From the IMG/VR virus record IMGVR_UViG_3300050821_005528, positions 1 to 64,000 of that record: 64,000 nt of DNA. One strand, written 5' to 3'. Positions 33,102-44,200 of the stretch are shown in pieces (position 1 is the first letter of the stretch; every line of letters starts with the position of its first letter). The DNA is from a virus. Below the pieces are notes generated by a model that searched no databases, was not told where the DNA came from, and saw only the letters and a list, made by a program, of their open reading frames with translations. The position numbers and the translations under genes are program-made.

Positions 33102-34067
33102 ATGGCCGAACCCACAACCGTCAATCGCGGTTTTATCATCCCGAATACGGGCGATCTCGTGGGGCAGTGGGGAACTGCCGCCGTCAATCCGAACATGCAA
33201 TCGCTCGATGGTCTATTCGGCGGCGCCGTGACGATCCCGCTGTCGGCCGCGACGACGCTTGCGTTGACCAATTCGACCGGGGCGCCGACCGCAAGTGCGG
33301 GGCCGTTCCAGCAGCAGAACGCCCTGATCAAGTTCTCGGGCACATTGACCGGCAATGCCGTGATCCAGTTCTCGGCGCCGGGGTTCTACATCGTCCATAA
33401 TGCCTGCACGGTCGGGTCGTTCTATGTGCAGCTCGCCCCCTCGGCTGGTACTGGCAACGCCATCGGGGCGCCTCCGGGGAGAAAATGCCATGTGTTCTTC
33501 GATGGCACGAACATGGATTACGTCAACATGCCGGAAGTCGGCGCAGCACTTGACCTGCATGGAGCGACGGCCGTGCCGGCTTGGATGAGTGCATGCACGG
33601 TCGCGCCTTATCTGGTCAAGGATGGCCGCACCTATACGGCGTCGGTGTATCCGGCGCTGAGCGCGCTGCTGGGCTCGACGTTCGGCGGCAACGGGGCGAG
33701 CACGTTCGCGGTCCCGGATGAACGCAGCCGGGCTCGCATCGGTCTCGATACCAATGGGCCTGGAACCTTTGCAAACCGCGTTACGGTAGCTGGCAGCGGC
33801 ATCAATGGCACCACTATGGGGGCGGCGGGTGGCGATCAGTTGCTTCAGCAGCATACCCACACCTACACCGACCCGTCGCACGCACATGGACTGCCGTCCA
33901 GCGGCGGTGGAAGTGCTGGCGGCGGCGGCAACTTTATTGGTGGTACGATCGGGGCGTTTGTATCCAATACCGCTTTGATCGGCATCATTATCAACAATGC
34001 CGGCACGGGCGCCGGTCAGAACATGATGCCCACGATTGTTTCGTTTCTGCCGCTGATCAAGACATAG
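33102..34067 (+). CDS. tail fibre protein with phage tail-collar domain
   Basis: KDGRTYTASVYPALSALLGSTFGGNGASTFAVPDERSRA...GGDQLLQQHTHTYTDPSHAH matches the Collar domain pattern (Y.aLf..iG..yGG.g.ttF.lPD.R.R...H.H). Confidence 0.85.
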   Translation: MAEPTTVNRGFIIPNTGDLVGQWGTAAVNPNMQSLDGLFGGAVTIPLSAATTLALTNSTGAPTASAGPFQQQNALIKFSGTLTGNAVIQFSAPGFYIVHNACTVGSFYVQLAPSAGTGNAIGAPPGRKCHVFFDGTNMDYVNMPEVGAALDLHGATAVPAWMSACTVAPYLVKDGRTYTASVYPALSALLGSTFGGNGASTFAVPDERSRARIGLDTNGPGTFANRVTVAGSGINGTTMGAAGGDQLLQQHTHTYTDPSHAHGLPSSGGGSAGGGGNFIGGTIGAFVSNTALIGIIINNAGTGAGQNMMPTIVSFLPLIKT

Positions 34068-34078
34068 GGGGGGCGGTC

Positions 34079-36142
34079 ATGCCCTATGGCGAAGTCACGC
34101 TCGTCCCGGGCGTCAATGTCGAGCGCACCGCGACGCTTCTCAAGGCAGGCTACAACCAAAGCCAATTGATCCGCTTCAAGGACAGCTTGGGACAGAAGCT
34201 CGGCGGCTGGCAGCGGTACTATCCGAATGCCGTACCAGGCGTGCCGCGCGACCTGCACGCATGGCAGGACTTGAACGGCACCGATCATCTATCGGTTGGC
34301 ACCACGACGCAGCTCGCCGTCATCACCAACAACTCGTATCAGGACATCACGCCGCAGACGTTGACGACCAATCCGGCGCCGAATTTCACGACATCGGCGA
34401 ATTCTCCTGTCGTTACCGTGACCGATCCGAACATTTCGAACGTTACGGTCTATGACTCGGTCCTGTTCAATACGCCGATTGCCGTCGATGGGATCATACT
34501 CTCCGGGCTCTATGCGATCACGGAGATTACCGGGACGCATTCCTACGAAATCACGGCTGCCGACAGTGCGGTGTCAGGCGTCACCTCGCAAGGCGTGGTG
34601 CCGGTATTCACGACCGTAAGCGGTTCGGCCGTGGTCGAGGTGGCGTTGCCGCTGCACGGCCTTTCGACCGGAAGCACGGTCGTCTTGCCGGCCACCACGA
34701 CCGGCAACGGCGTCACGATCCAAGGGGCCTACACGGTGGCGTCCGTGGTCGACGCCAACGATTTCAACATCACGCTGCCGAACCAGGCGAACGCCAGCGG
34801 TTCATTCAGCATGAACGGCGGCAATGCGCAGTTCGTCTATTACATCAATATCGGGCCACCGGCTGTGGGCTCCGGGTACGGCATCGGCGGTTATGGAACG
34901 GGCGGATACGGCACCGGCACAACGTCGTCCGCGCAAACCGGCATGGAAATCACGGCGACCGATTGGACCTCCGACAACTGGGGCGAAATCCTGCTTGCCT
35001 GCCCGGCCGGCGGCGGGGTCTATCAGTTCGATCCGACCGGAGGATTCAAGAACGCGGGCCTCGTGGCGACGGCGCCTCCGTTCAATGGCGGCCTGTTCGT
35101 GTCGGTGTCGCAGCAGATTCTCTTCTGCTGGGCGTCAACGGCGGATCACTCCCTCGATGCCATTCCGGGGCTTGGGATCATTCAGGACCCCTTGCTGCTC
35201 AAGTGGTCGAACGTGGGTGATTTTACCAATTTCGTGCCGTTGACGACGGATCAGGCGGGCGATTTCCGGATCGGGATAGGGTCTAAGATTGTGGCCGGTG
35301 CCGCGGTGCAAAATCAAGACCTGTTCTGGACCGATCTCGACCTGTGGGCCGCGAACTATCAAGGTCAACCGTTCATATTCGGGTTGAATCGCATAGGCGT
35401 CGGGGCGGGAGCGATCTCGTCGCATTCGGTGCAGTCGTTGCGCGGCAACGTCTACTGGATGGGACCAAGCAATTTCTATGCCTATGACGCCAACGGCGTC
35501 CATGTGCTGCCGTGCTCGGTGTGGGACTTCGTGTTTCAGAACATGACGAGCAATGTCGCGTTCCAAAAGAACGTGCGCACGCTCCCGAATACGCCCTTCA
35601 ATGAGGCCGGGTGGGCGTTTCCGTCCGCCGCGAGCGCCAACGGGGAATGCGATTCCTACGTCAAGGTGAATATCCTCGAACCTAATCAGCCGTGGGACTA
35701 TGGGTCGCTTCCGCGTTCGGCCTGGATTGATCAGACCGTGCTCGGCCCTCCGATCGGGGCGACGCCGACGGGCGTCATCTACCAGCACGAAACTGCCCCC
35801 GACGCGGACGGACAGCCGCTCAATGCCTCGTTCACGACGGGGTATTTCTACATCGCGGAGGGCGAGGATTACGCCTTCGTCGATCGCATCATCCCGGATT
35901 TCAAGTGGGGCACCTATGCGGGCGCGCAGGGCGCGCAAGTGCAATTGAGCTTCAATGTGGTCAATTATCCTGGCGATGCCGCGACCGTCTTCGGCCCCTT
36001 CACAGTGACGGCGCAGACGGAGTATGTATCGGTGAGGTTCCGCGGCGCCCTGATGTCGATCACGGTGTCGTCTGACGACGTGGGGAGCTTCTGGCGGCTC
36101 GGCAAGGTGCGGTATCGGTATGCTCCCGCTGGGAGAAGGTGA
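34079..36142 (+). CDS. large tail/baseplate-like structural protein (687 aa)
   Basis: Size, position and beta-rich composition. RBS-start junction GGGCGGTCATG. Confidence 0.65.
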   Translation: MPYGEVTLVPGVNVERTATLLKAGYNQSQLIRFKDSLGQKLGGWQRYYPNAVPGVPRDLHAWQDLNGTDHLSVGTTTQLAVITNNSYQDITPQTLTTNPAPNFTTSANSPVVTVTDPNISNVTVYDSVLFNTPIAVDGIILSGLYAITEITGTHSYEITAADSAVSGVTSQGVVPVFTTVSGSAVVEVALPLHGLSTGSTVVLPATTTGNGVTIQGAYTVASVVDANDFNITLPNQANASGSFSMNGGNAQFVYYINIGPPAVGSGYGIGGYGTGGYGTGTTSSAQTGMEITATDWTSDNWGEILLACPAGGGVYQFDPTGGFKNAGLVATAPPFNGGLFVSVSQQILFCWASTADHSLDAIPGLGIIQDPLLLKWSNVGDFTNFVPLTTDQAGDFRIGIGSKIVAGAAVQNQDLFWTDLDLWAANYQGQPFIFGLNRIGVGAGAISSHSVQSLRGNVYWMGPSNFYAYDANGVHVLPCSVWDFVFQNMTSNVAFQKNVRTLPNTPFNEAGWAFPSAASANGECDSYVKVNILEPNQPWDYGSLPRSAWIDQTVLGPPIGATPTGVIYQHETAPDADGQPLNASFTTGYFYIAEGEDYAFVDRIIPDFKWGTYAGAQGAQVQLSFNVVNYPGDAATVFGPFTVTAQTEYVSVRFRGALMSITVSSDDVGSFWRLGKVRYRYAPAGRR

Positions 36143-36478
36143 ATGGCATCCCTCGACGACGCGGTATCGACTCTCAAAGGGCTGGTGCAAAACCTCTCCC
36201 AGGTCATCACCACCCTGAACAACGTGTTCCCGCGTACGGTCGGGAGTTTCACTATGCCGGCGGCGGCTACCGCCACGGTGACGCAGCCGGCTGTGAAGGC
36301 GAACAGTGACGTGCTGCTACAGGCGACCAACGCCTCGGCGGCGACCTTGATGGGCAGCGCTAAGGCGCTTTACATCTCGACGATCGCAGCGGGGTCGAGC
36401 TTTACGGTGGCGACGGCGAGCGGGGGAAATGCAGCCGGGACCGAAACGTTTGCGTACATCGTGGTCAGTCCGTCGTAG
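36143..36478 (+). CDS. small structural protein (111 aa)
   Basis: TGAATG junction. Confidence 0.55.
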   Translation: MASLDDAVSTLKGLVQNLSQVITTLNNVFPRTVGSFTMPAAATATVTQPAVKANSDVLLQATNASAATLMGSAKALYISTIAAGSSFTVATASGGNAAGTETFAYIVVSPS

Positions 36479-36554
36479 GCTTCTGACGCGGCTGCTGGTC
36501 GAGGTCGAGGGCGTTTATCTGTTGCATGCGGCAAATTGGATCGGAGTGAGGGGA

Positions 36555-36836
36555 ATGGCGGCGAATTTCGAAATCAAGGGCCTGAAAGAGCGCGTCGCCG
36601 CGGCGCGTTCGCAGATTGCCACGTTACGGCTGGCATCGGCGGATTTCGAGACCGAAGCGGCTTCGCTCGCGGCTGACCTGGCGCTCGGAACGGAGCAATT
36701 GAAGGCGCTTCACAGCGATTTCCTGTTCGATGCGCAGACCTTGGGAAACTCGCCCCCGCCATCCGCTGGGCCCGTCAATGGCGGCGCGGTATCGGCGCAA
36801 CCCAGTGAAAACGCGGCGCTCCCGGAGGTGAAGTGA
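36555..36836 (+). CDS. coiled-coil protein (93 aa)
   Basis: Start at ATG 36555 after GGAGTGAGGGGA. Confidence 0.5.
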   Translation: MAANFEIKGLKERVAAARSQIATLRLASADFETEAASLAADLALGTEQLKALHSDFLFDAQTLGNSPPPSAGPVNGGAVSAQPSENAALPEVK

Positions 36837-36837
36837 C

Positions 36838-37500
36838 ATGCCGCTCGCCCATGGAAGCAGCCGGGAGGTTTTCGAGCGTAATGTCTCGGAGATGGTGAGG
36901 GCCGGGCATCCGCGTGACCAGAGTCTCGCCGCGGCCTACCGGATGAAGCGGAAGGGGTACGCCTTCGGCGGCCCTCCCGCGCCGTGGTTCGTCAGAAACG
37001 AAGCCCGTGGCATGGTGCATAGCGGGCCGATATCGAGCATCGTGCCGGGGCGCACGGATCGGCACAACATGGCGGTCGGCGCCGGGTCGTACATCATGCC
37101 GGCCGACGCGGTATCGCACCTCGGGCAGAACAACAGCCGGGCCGGGCAGCATGTGCTCGGCAAGATGTTTTCTTCCTCGCCCTACGGGGCCGGCAGTCCG
37201 ATGGGCATCAAGCACGGCGCCGGCGCTCCGCGGCCGCCTGCGGCGAAAGGCGTGATGGCGCGCGGTGGCAACGCAGACAAGGGCGGCGCACGCGGCGAAG
37301 CGCTCGGGAATCCGGTCGAAATCGTGACGGCGGGCGGCGAATATACGATACCGCCGCATGAGATTTTGAATTGGCTGCAACGTCATGGCTATCCGCGGGA
37401 CATCAAGTTTGGGCACAAGATGCTTGACCAATGGGTGAAGAGCTTGCGCGCCGAGCACATCAAAACGCTCAAGAAATTACCGGGGCCGGCAAAAGCATGA
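36838..37500 (+). CDS. hypothetical virion-module protein (220 aa)
   Basis: Contains a PGRTDRHNM motif similar to those in the basic proteins. Confidence 0.6.
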   Translation: MPLAHGSSREVFERNVSEMVRAGHPRDQSLAAAYRMKRKGYAFGGPPAPWFVRNEARGMVHSGPISSIVPGRTDRHNMAVGAGSYIMPADAVSHLGQNNSRAGQHVLGKMFSSSPYGAGSPMGIKHGAGAPRPPAAKGVMARGGNADKGGARGEALGNPVEIVTAGGEYTIPPHEILNWLQRHGYPRDIKFGHKMLDQWVKSLRAEHIKTLKKLPGPAKA

Positions 37501-37769
37501 CCGACAAGCCAAAGATCGTTGTTACCGATCCGCACCAAATCCCGGTGACGTTCGTCAGTTCGCTCGTCAACCACGGGTACGGCAATGGCGTGGTGAACCT
37601 GTCCTTCGCGACGGCTCGCTATGTGCCGGATGCCGATGGCGCGATCGTGCCCGATCTCGTGCTGTCGGCGTTGCTCCGCATGGACATGGCATGCGCCGTG
37701 CAATTGCGCGACGCTCTGAGCGGCGTCATCGAACAGCATATGAAGCCAGCGAACGGAACCACGCATTGA
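37497..37769 (+). CDS. hypothetical protein (90 aa)
   Basis: ATGA overlap. Confidence 0.55.
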   Translation: MTDKPKIVVTDPHQIPVTFVSSLVNHGYGNGVVNLSFATARYVPDADGAIVPDLVLSALLRMDMACAVQLRDALSGVIEQHMKPANGTTH

Positions 37770-38332
37770 GCGATCTGCCGCAGGTGCGGGTGGCGACGCC
37801 CGCCGACGAAGAAGAGATCATGATCCTCGTGCGCGAATTGCACGGGGAGAATGGCTTGTTTTCCTTGAACGAACAGAAGGTCCGCGAGAACCTGCATAAG
37901 TGCTTCGAGCGCAAGGGCGCAATCGTCGGCGTCATCGGCGAGGCGGGCAAGATCGAGGCTTCGACGTGTCTCCTATTCTCCGAGATGTACTACACGGACG
38001 AATGGCACATCGCTGAACTGTGGAATCACGTCGCGGTGCCTTATCGCAATTCCCGCAACCTGGAAGCGCTGATCGCCTTTGGTAAGAAGTGCTCGAATGT
38101 GATCGGGTTGCCGCTGATCACGGGCGTCATCACCAACAAGCGCGTTGAAGGCAAGGTGCGGCTTTATCGCAAGCTGCTCGGTTATCCGGCCGGTGCGTTC
38201 TTCGTCTATAACGGCAAGTGGAGCGCGAACGTGCAGCCGAGCGTGGAGGATTTCTGGCGGCCGTTCGAAGGGCGGACGGAAGCGCGCAAGCGGTTGCGGC
38301 GCGAGGCGGCTATCAGCGGAAAGGTGACTTAG
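37766..38332 (+). CDS. GNAT-like acetyltransferase-fold protein (start uncertain: TTG 37766 or GTG 37784)
   Basis: VRVATPADEEEIMILVRELHGENG...AIVGVIG...AELWNHVAVPYRNSRNLEALIAFGKK fits the GNAT beta-alpha pattern. This is a weak call made by eye. Confidence 0.45.
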   Translation: MSDLPQVRVATPADEEEIMILVRELHGENGLFSLNEQKVRENLHKCFERKGAIVGVIGEAGKIEASTCLLFSEMYYTDEWHIAELWNHVAVPYRNSRNLEALIAFGKKCSNVIGLPLITGVITNKRVEGKVRLYRKLLGYPAGAFFVYNGKWSANVQPSVEDFWRPFEGRTEARKRLRREAAISGKVT

Positions 38333-41263
38333 GTGTGCAAATCAAACACGAGCACCACCGCCACCACGTCGCCGAATCCGCAGGCGCTCAACGCCTATTC
38401 GAATCTCCTCGGCCAGGCCGGTTCCGTCGCATCGACGCCTTATCAGGCCTATGGTGGCCAGCTCGTCGCGCCCGTCAACCAGCAACAGAATCTCGGCATC
38501 GGGAATATCAATCAGAATGCGGGTTTTGCATCGCCGTTCATCGGGCAGGCTGCGCAATACGCCAATCAGGCGGCGCAACCGGTCACGGGAGCGCAGATCG
38601 CGGGCTTCCAAAGCCCTTACACGCAGCAAGTCGTCAACGCCACGGAAGCGCAGTTCAACAACCAGAATGCGCAGCAGCAAAGCCAGCTGACCGGGAACGC
38701 GGTTGCGGCGGGAGCGATGGGGGGCGATCGTGCCGGCGTCGCTGCGGCGAATCTCGCCGGCCAGCAGCAGACGGCGGAAGCGCCCGTCATCGCGGGGTTG
38801 GAAAATACCGGCTATCAGAACGCCTCTCAGATGGCGCTTGCGGAGCAGCAAAATACGGCGCAAGCGGCCTATTCCCTCGGCAATCTCGGCGTCGCCGGGC
38901 AGAATGCGGCATTGACCGGAGCGAACGCGCAAGTCGGCGCCGGCTCGCTCGAACAGCAGACACAGCAAGCCCAGGATACGGCGGCCTATCAGCAGTTCGA
39001 ACAGCAGTTGGCCTATCCGTTCCAGACGACGCAGTGGTTGGCGGGCATCGATACGGGCGTTGGGTCGCAGATGGGGGGACAGAGCCAGACGACGGCACCC
39101 CCTCCGAATCCATATGCGCAATATGCCGGCCTCGGATTGGCTGGGGCCGGGCTGTTGCTCAAACGCGGTGGCCGGGTGCCAGGGTTCGATCTCGGCGGGG
39201 CGACAGATTTCATCGCTGGAACGCCTTATTCGGGTGTTCAGGGATGGGTGCCGACAAACAACATCACGGCTGGAAAGGGCGCTCCGAACCCGCCGAGTGT
39301 GGCCGGTCAAGCGGTGCAGAATCCGTTGCAACAGGCCAATCAGGCATTGACGCTCGGCAAGGCATTGCAGGGCAAAGGTTTAGGCCTTGGCGATAGCGGA
39401 ATCCTGACGGGTGGCGATGCGCTCGGGCTGACGCCAGATCAATACGCGGCGGCGTCCGATGCCGGGGTCTCCGGGCTATCATCGCCCGATGAAGGTTCCT
39501 ACCGCCGCGGCGGCTTCGTGCGAGGCTATGACAATGGCGGGGATGTGGTGGGCGATGGGGGCGCCTTGATGCCGATCATGGGGCCGGATGGGCTCATGAG
39601 CGGCCTTGGCGGCAGCGACACGCCGCCTCCGTTCACGTTCCGCCGCACGCCTGATTTTGGGGCGGATGAACCGGCGATGTTCGGGGCGCCGTCGTCCGGG
39701 CAAGTCGGCTATGCGGCGCCGAACATGTCGCTTGCGGAAAACTCGTTTGCGCCCTCGCAGCCTTCCGACGCGGGCGCGATCGGGGATTACGACTTCACGG
39801 CCAATCGACCTGCGACCGTGATGGCGGCGGGCGACGACGTTCCGCTGCCGCGCCCGCGGCCCGACGATACGTCCGATATCGGCACACCTGTGGCCTATGC
39901 GCCCGATTCCCGCGATCCTGACCGGCTGGCAGGCTTTGCGCCGGTCCCGGGCACCAACGGGGCTCCCGCGCTTCCGCCTTCCAGCGGGGCTAATTCGCGG
40001 TTCTCTGGGCTCGGAAACCTGTTAAGCTTCTCGCCGGCCGCAAAGCAAGGATTGCTGGCGGCCGGGCTTGGAATGCTGGCGTCGGGCTCGCCTCATTTCG
40101 GGGTGGCTGTTGGGCAAGGGGGCTTGCAGGGGCTCAATGCCTATGCGGGGGAATTGAAACAGGAAAGCGCCGACAAGAAAACGGACGCCACGATCGAGCA
40201 TGCCAGAAAGCAGCTCGAACAGCATGCCAAGGAAACGGCTGATAAGTTGGCGCTGGAAACCAAGAAACTGTCGCAGGCTCAAGAGTTCCATCAAGACACG
40301 GTGAAGCATCAGGATCAACTCGCGGCGGAAGCGCAGCGGCTTCACGATATCCAGATGAAGCGGATTGAGGCGCAGATCGAGCAAGGAAACTACAGCGCGA
40401 CGCCCGGCAGGGGGCAGGATGAAAAAGGCAATCCCGTCGAGGGGTCGTGGCTCCTCAACAAGAAAAGTGGGGAAACCAAGTTTGTGCCTGGGATGGTGCA
40501 GACCCCGAAAGCGACCGCGGCCGGTGAACCGTCGTTTGATAAGAACACGTTGACGAAGATGTCGGATCAATATCTTGCGGGAGACAAGTCGGTTTTGGTT
40601 AATCTCGGTCGCGGCGCGCAAGGCGCAACCGATCTGCGGGCGCTGCGCCAGCGCATCGCCGAGCGGATGGACGAAAAGGGCGTGTCGCCGGAACAGCAGG
40701 CCGTCAAGATGGCGGAATTCGGCGGTCTTGCGGCCGGCGAGCGGGCGCTTGGGACGCGCACTGCGACGATCGAGATGGCGGCAAACGAAGCGCGCAACAT
40801 GATGAAACCCGCGCTTGAAGCCGCGGCGGCCGTACCGCGCTCAAGTTGGGTGCCGGTCAACAAATTGATCGAAGGATGGCAGTCGGGCGTCATCAGTGAT
40901 CCGGCGCAAGCGCGCTTTGCGGCGGCGAATTTCTCGCTCGTCAACACTTATGTGCGCGCCATTGCGCCGACTGGCGTGCCGCCGGAATCCGCCCGCAACC
41001 ACGCCATGCAGATGCTGTCCGGTGCTATGAGCCACGAATCCTATAAGGCCGTGGTCGACCAGATGGACATCGAAATGGATGCGGCGTTGAAATCCCCCGG
41101 CCAGGTGCAGCAGAAATTCCGTGAGATGTACGGCGGCGCGCCTGCGGCGGCGCATAGCGCCGCTCCTGCCGGCAATCAGAACGCCCAAGCCATTCAATGG
41201 GCCAACGCCAATCCGAACGATCCGCGAGCGGCTGAAATCAAGCGGCGCCTTGGGGTGCAGTGA
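38333..41263 (+). CDS. giant virion-associated (internal/ejection-type) protein, 976 aa
   Basis: Gln/Ala/Gly/Asn-rich N-terminal third, a hydrophobic GLGLAGAGLLL segment, a Pro-rich middle and a helical C-terminus. Confidence 0.75.
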   Translation: MCKSNTSTTATTSPNPQALNAYSNLLGQAGSVASTPYQAYGGQLVAPVNQQQNLGIGNINQNAGFASPFIGQAAQYANQAAQPVTGAQIAGFQSPYTQQVVNATEAQFNNQNAQQQSQLTGNAVAAGAMGGDRAGVAAANLAGQQQTAEAPVIAGLENTGYQNASQMALAEQQNTAQAAYSLGNLGVAGQNAALTGANAQVGAGSLEQQTQQAQDTAAYQQFEQQLAYPFQTTQWLAGIDTGVGSQMGGQSQTTAPPPNPYAQYAGLGLAGAGLLLKRGGRVPGFDLGGATDFIAGTPYSGVQGWVPTNNITAGKGAPNPPSVAGQAVQNPLQQANQALTLGKALQGKGLGLGDSGILTGGDALGLTPDQYAAASDAGVSGLSSPDEGSYRRGGFVRGYDNGGDVVGDGGALMPIMGPDGLMSGLGGSDTPPPFTFRRTPDFGADEPAMFGAPSSGQVGYAAPNMSLAENSFAPSQPSDAGAIGDYDFTANRPATVMAAGDDVPLPRPRPDDTSDIGTPVAYAPDSRDPDRLAGFAPVPGTNGAPALPPSSGANSRFSGLGNLLSFSPAAKQGLLAAGLGMLASGSPHFGVAVGQGGLQGLNAYAGELKQESADKKTDATIEHARKQLEQHAKETADKLALETKKLSQAQEFHQDTVKHQDQLAAEAQRLHDIQMKRIEAQIEQGNYSATPGRGQDEKGNPVEGSWLLNKKSGETKFVPGMVQTPKATAAGEPSFDKNTLTKMSDQYLAGDKSVLVNLGRGAQGATDLRALRQRIAERMDEKGVSPEQQAVKMAEFGGLAAGERALGTRTATIEMAANEARNMMKPALEAAAAVPRSSWVPVNKLIEGWQSGVISDPAQARFAAANFSLVNTYVRAIAPTGVPPESARNHAMQMLSGAMSHESYKAVVDQMDIEMDAALKSPGQVQQKFREMYGGAPAAAHSAAPAGNQNAQAIQWANANPNDPRAAEIKRRLGVQ

Positions 41264-44200
41264 TGGCTGACGCCTTCGATCCCGATGCCTTTCTCAGTGG
41301 TCCGGCGGTGCCATCTGGCGGCTTCGATCCCGACGCGTATTTGAAGACCGCTCCCGCCGAATCCTCTGCCGCCGCCTATTATCGCCAGCAGCATGCCGAT
41401 CTGGTTGCCGCTGCCAAGCAGAAAACCGCCATCGGTCCTGATCAATCCGCCAGCATTTTCGGCACGCCGATCGAGAAGCAGGGCAAGGACTACGGCGAAA
41501 ACCTCGATTTATATTATGATGCCGCCGCGAAACGCGTTCATGAGGGCGTCGAAGGATTGCTGCGCAAGCCACAACTCAATCCGAGTCCGGGGCCATTGAG
41601 CGGCCCGTTTGCCGGGCCTTCGGTCGGCTCCAACCTGTTCGATATCGCGGCCGGCGTCGGGCAAGGCATCGTGGCTCCGGTAACGGCGGCGCTCAATCCG
41701 ACCTGGGAGAAATATACCGGAATTCCGGGCGGGGAAGCCGTTGATGCCGTGCTTGGCGGCCGCAGCCTCAAAGGCGTCGCAGCGATGCGCCAGATTGCCG
41801 GGCTTCCGGCCGAAGCGGCGGCGGCTGCGCGTGCGCCAGCGACCGGAAATGCCCTGACATGGACCGGGGCGAATGCGGGTCATAGCCCGCCAGTCGATAT
41901 GGGCGCGCTCGAAGGAGCGCTTGCGCCTGGGGAACTGCCGTCAGGAGGGGCGCCCGCGTTGCTGCCGGAAGCGGGGGCGCCTGCCGCCATCCCGCAAGCC
42001 GCGGAAGCCGCACCCGCTGCAACGCCGCGTCCCGGTCAGAACGACAACGTGCGCCTGCTTGGTCCAACCGTGCCCCATGCGGGCCGCGCCAGCGTTGGGG
42101 CGGCGGCGGCCGATGTCGATCCGCTCGCCGGCTACGCCCCGGAAACCATCGCCAAGGCGCGGGCCTCCCTCGCTGAGAACGGGCTCGACAATCCGCACGT
42201 TCTGGAACAAGTGTTGGACGAAACATCGCAACACCATACGCTCGGCGAATTGGCGCCGGGCCTCGAAACCAAGATGGGCGGCATAGCGGCGGCCGATACC
42301 GGGGAGGCGCGCAATACGATCGTGCAGACGATGCGGGAACGTGCCCGCGAGGCGCCGCAGCGCATGGCGGCGGTGTTTGATCGCGTGTTCGGCGAGCCGC
42401 AGAACCGCGCTGAGCTACAGCGGTCGATCGAGGCAGAACGCGCCAAGACCGCGACGCCGCTATGGCGTACTTTCACCAACACGACGGTTGCCCCGACCCC
42501 TGAAATCCGTTCCCTGCTGCCGCGCCTCGATGCGGCCGGCGCCCTCAAGGCGGCCAACAAGGCGATGCGCGAGGAGGGCTTGCCCGCGCAACAAGGCTTT
42601 GGCCGTATGGTGACGGACGAGGCCGGCGAATGGGCGCAAGAGGTCGAGCACGTTCCGACTGCCGCGGCATTCCAATATGCCAAAGAGCATCTTGATTCCC
42701 TGATCGAAAAGAGTCTCGCCGAGCCCGGCGGCGCCAAAGCGGCGCGGCGCTATACGCTGCTCAAGAACGATCTCGTGAACGCAATCGACAATCATCCTGA
42801 TCCGAATGTGGCTGGTGTCTGGCAGGAAGCCCGTCAGGCGTGGCAGCGTCCAACCGAGTTGATCGAGGCGCAAAAGCTCGGCAGGCGGATGCTGACGAAC
42901 AACATCGATCGCGACGACGTGCTGCACCTGACGGCAGGGTGGTCGCCCGAACGGTTGGAACACCTCGAAATCGGTTTGCGGGGCTACCTGGAAGACCTGG
43001 AAAAGGCGAACCGCAATCCGCGCCGCGTTAGCAATCGGCTGATGGATGCGGTCCTTTCGCCCGGAAATCAGGAAAAAATCCGCAGCGTTCTCCGGGAAGA
43101 TCGCGCCAATGAATTGATCGATTCGATCCGACACGAAGAGGCGATGCACGGGGCGCCTGATCGTGTCTATGGCAATTCTGCCACCTCGTCGCGCCAGACT
43201 GCCAAGGCGGAATTCATGGCGCAGCCTGGGCCGCTCGAAGGCGTGTCGCTTCATGATGTCATGCACCCGAAGACCTCGATGCTCAAGGGCGCGGCGAATT
43301 TCGTATTCAAGAAGCAGGTCGCGAAGCGCGAAGCGGAAGCCGCCAAGCTGCGTGAAGAATTGGCCCGCATGTTTACCACGCAGGGCGCCGAACGCGACGC
43401 GGTAGCGCGGGCGCTGATCGGTGCCGAGTCGCCGCCGGCTGCGGGGTGGTCGCGCCCGCCTGGTGGTCCCTCGATGCCGTCGCCTGGGGTGGCGGCGGTG
43501 CAGCAGCGGCCCGGCGGCGCAACGAGCGTGCCCGGCGGCTGGCGTGCGGTAACGCCCCAACAGATTGCCGCCGGTGCCGTAAAGCCACCAAGGCCAGCGC
43601 CGATTCCGGCGGAAGCCGCCGCCCCGAAGGGGCAATCGCTGCTCGAATTCCTCGCCTCGAAAGGCGGTGTCGAGCCTACGCCCGAAATCATGGGAATCCT
43701 CGGCAAGAACAAGTTTCTTGGCTCCCACGGGTGGATTCTGCGCAAGGGCGGCCTGAGCGAGGATAGAGCCCGCGCGCTGGCTGCGGAATCCGGCTACATT
43801 GCGAATGAAGGCCGCGGCGGGGTCGAGAACCGCGGCGGCGGCACCTCCACGATCCGCGATCTTCACGAAGCGATTAACGACGAGGCGCGGGGTCGCAAGC
43901 GCTACGCCATGGGCGAAGAGCGCATGCAGGAAATGAGCCCAGAGGAGCAACGCTATCGCTTCGAAAACGATGTGATGGAGCATTTCGATCGCGAAGGCGT
44001 CGCCGAACCGGATGGCAAAACCCGCTCGCGTGTGCTAGAATTGGTCGAGAAGGAGGGTATGGACCCTCTCGACGCGCACGAGCGCGCCATCATGGAGGAT
44101 CGGGATGCTGGACAGGACGAGGGGCTTCCCGCCCCTCCACCCGCCGGAAAGAGGGGGAAAGTCTATCCTGACGCCAATGCAGCACCGCAGGGAAGCGCAC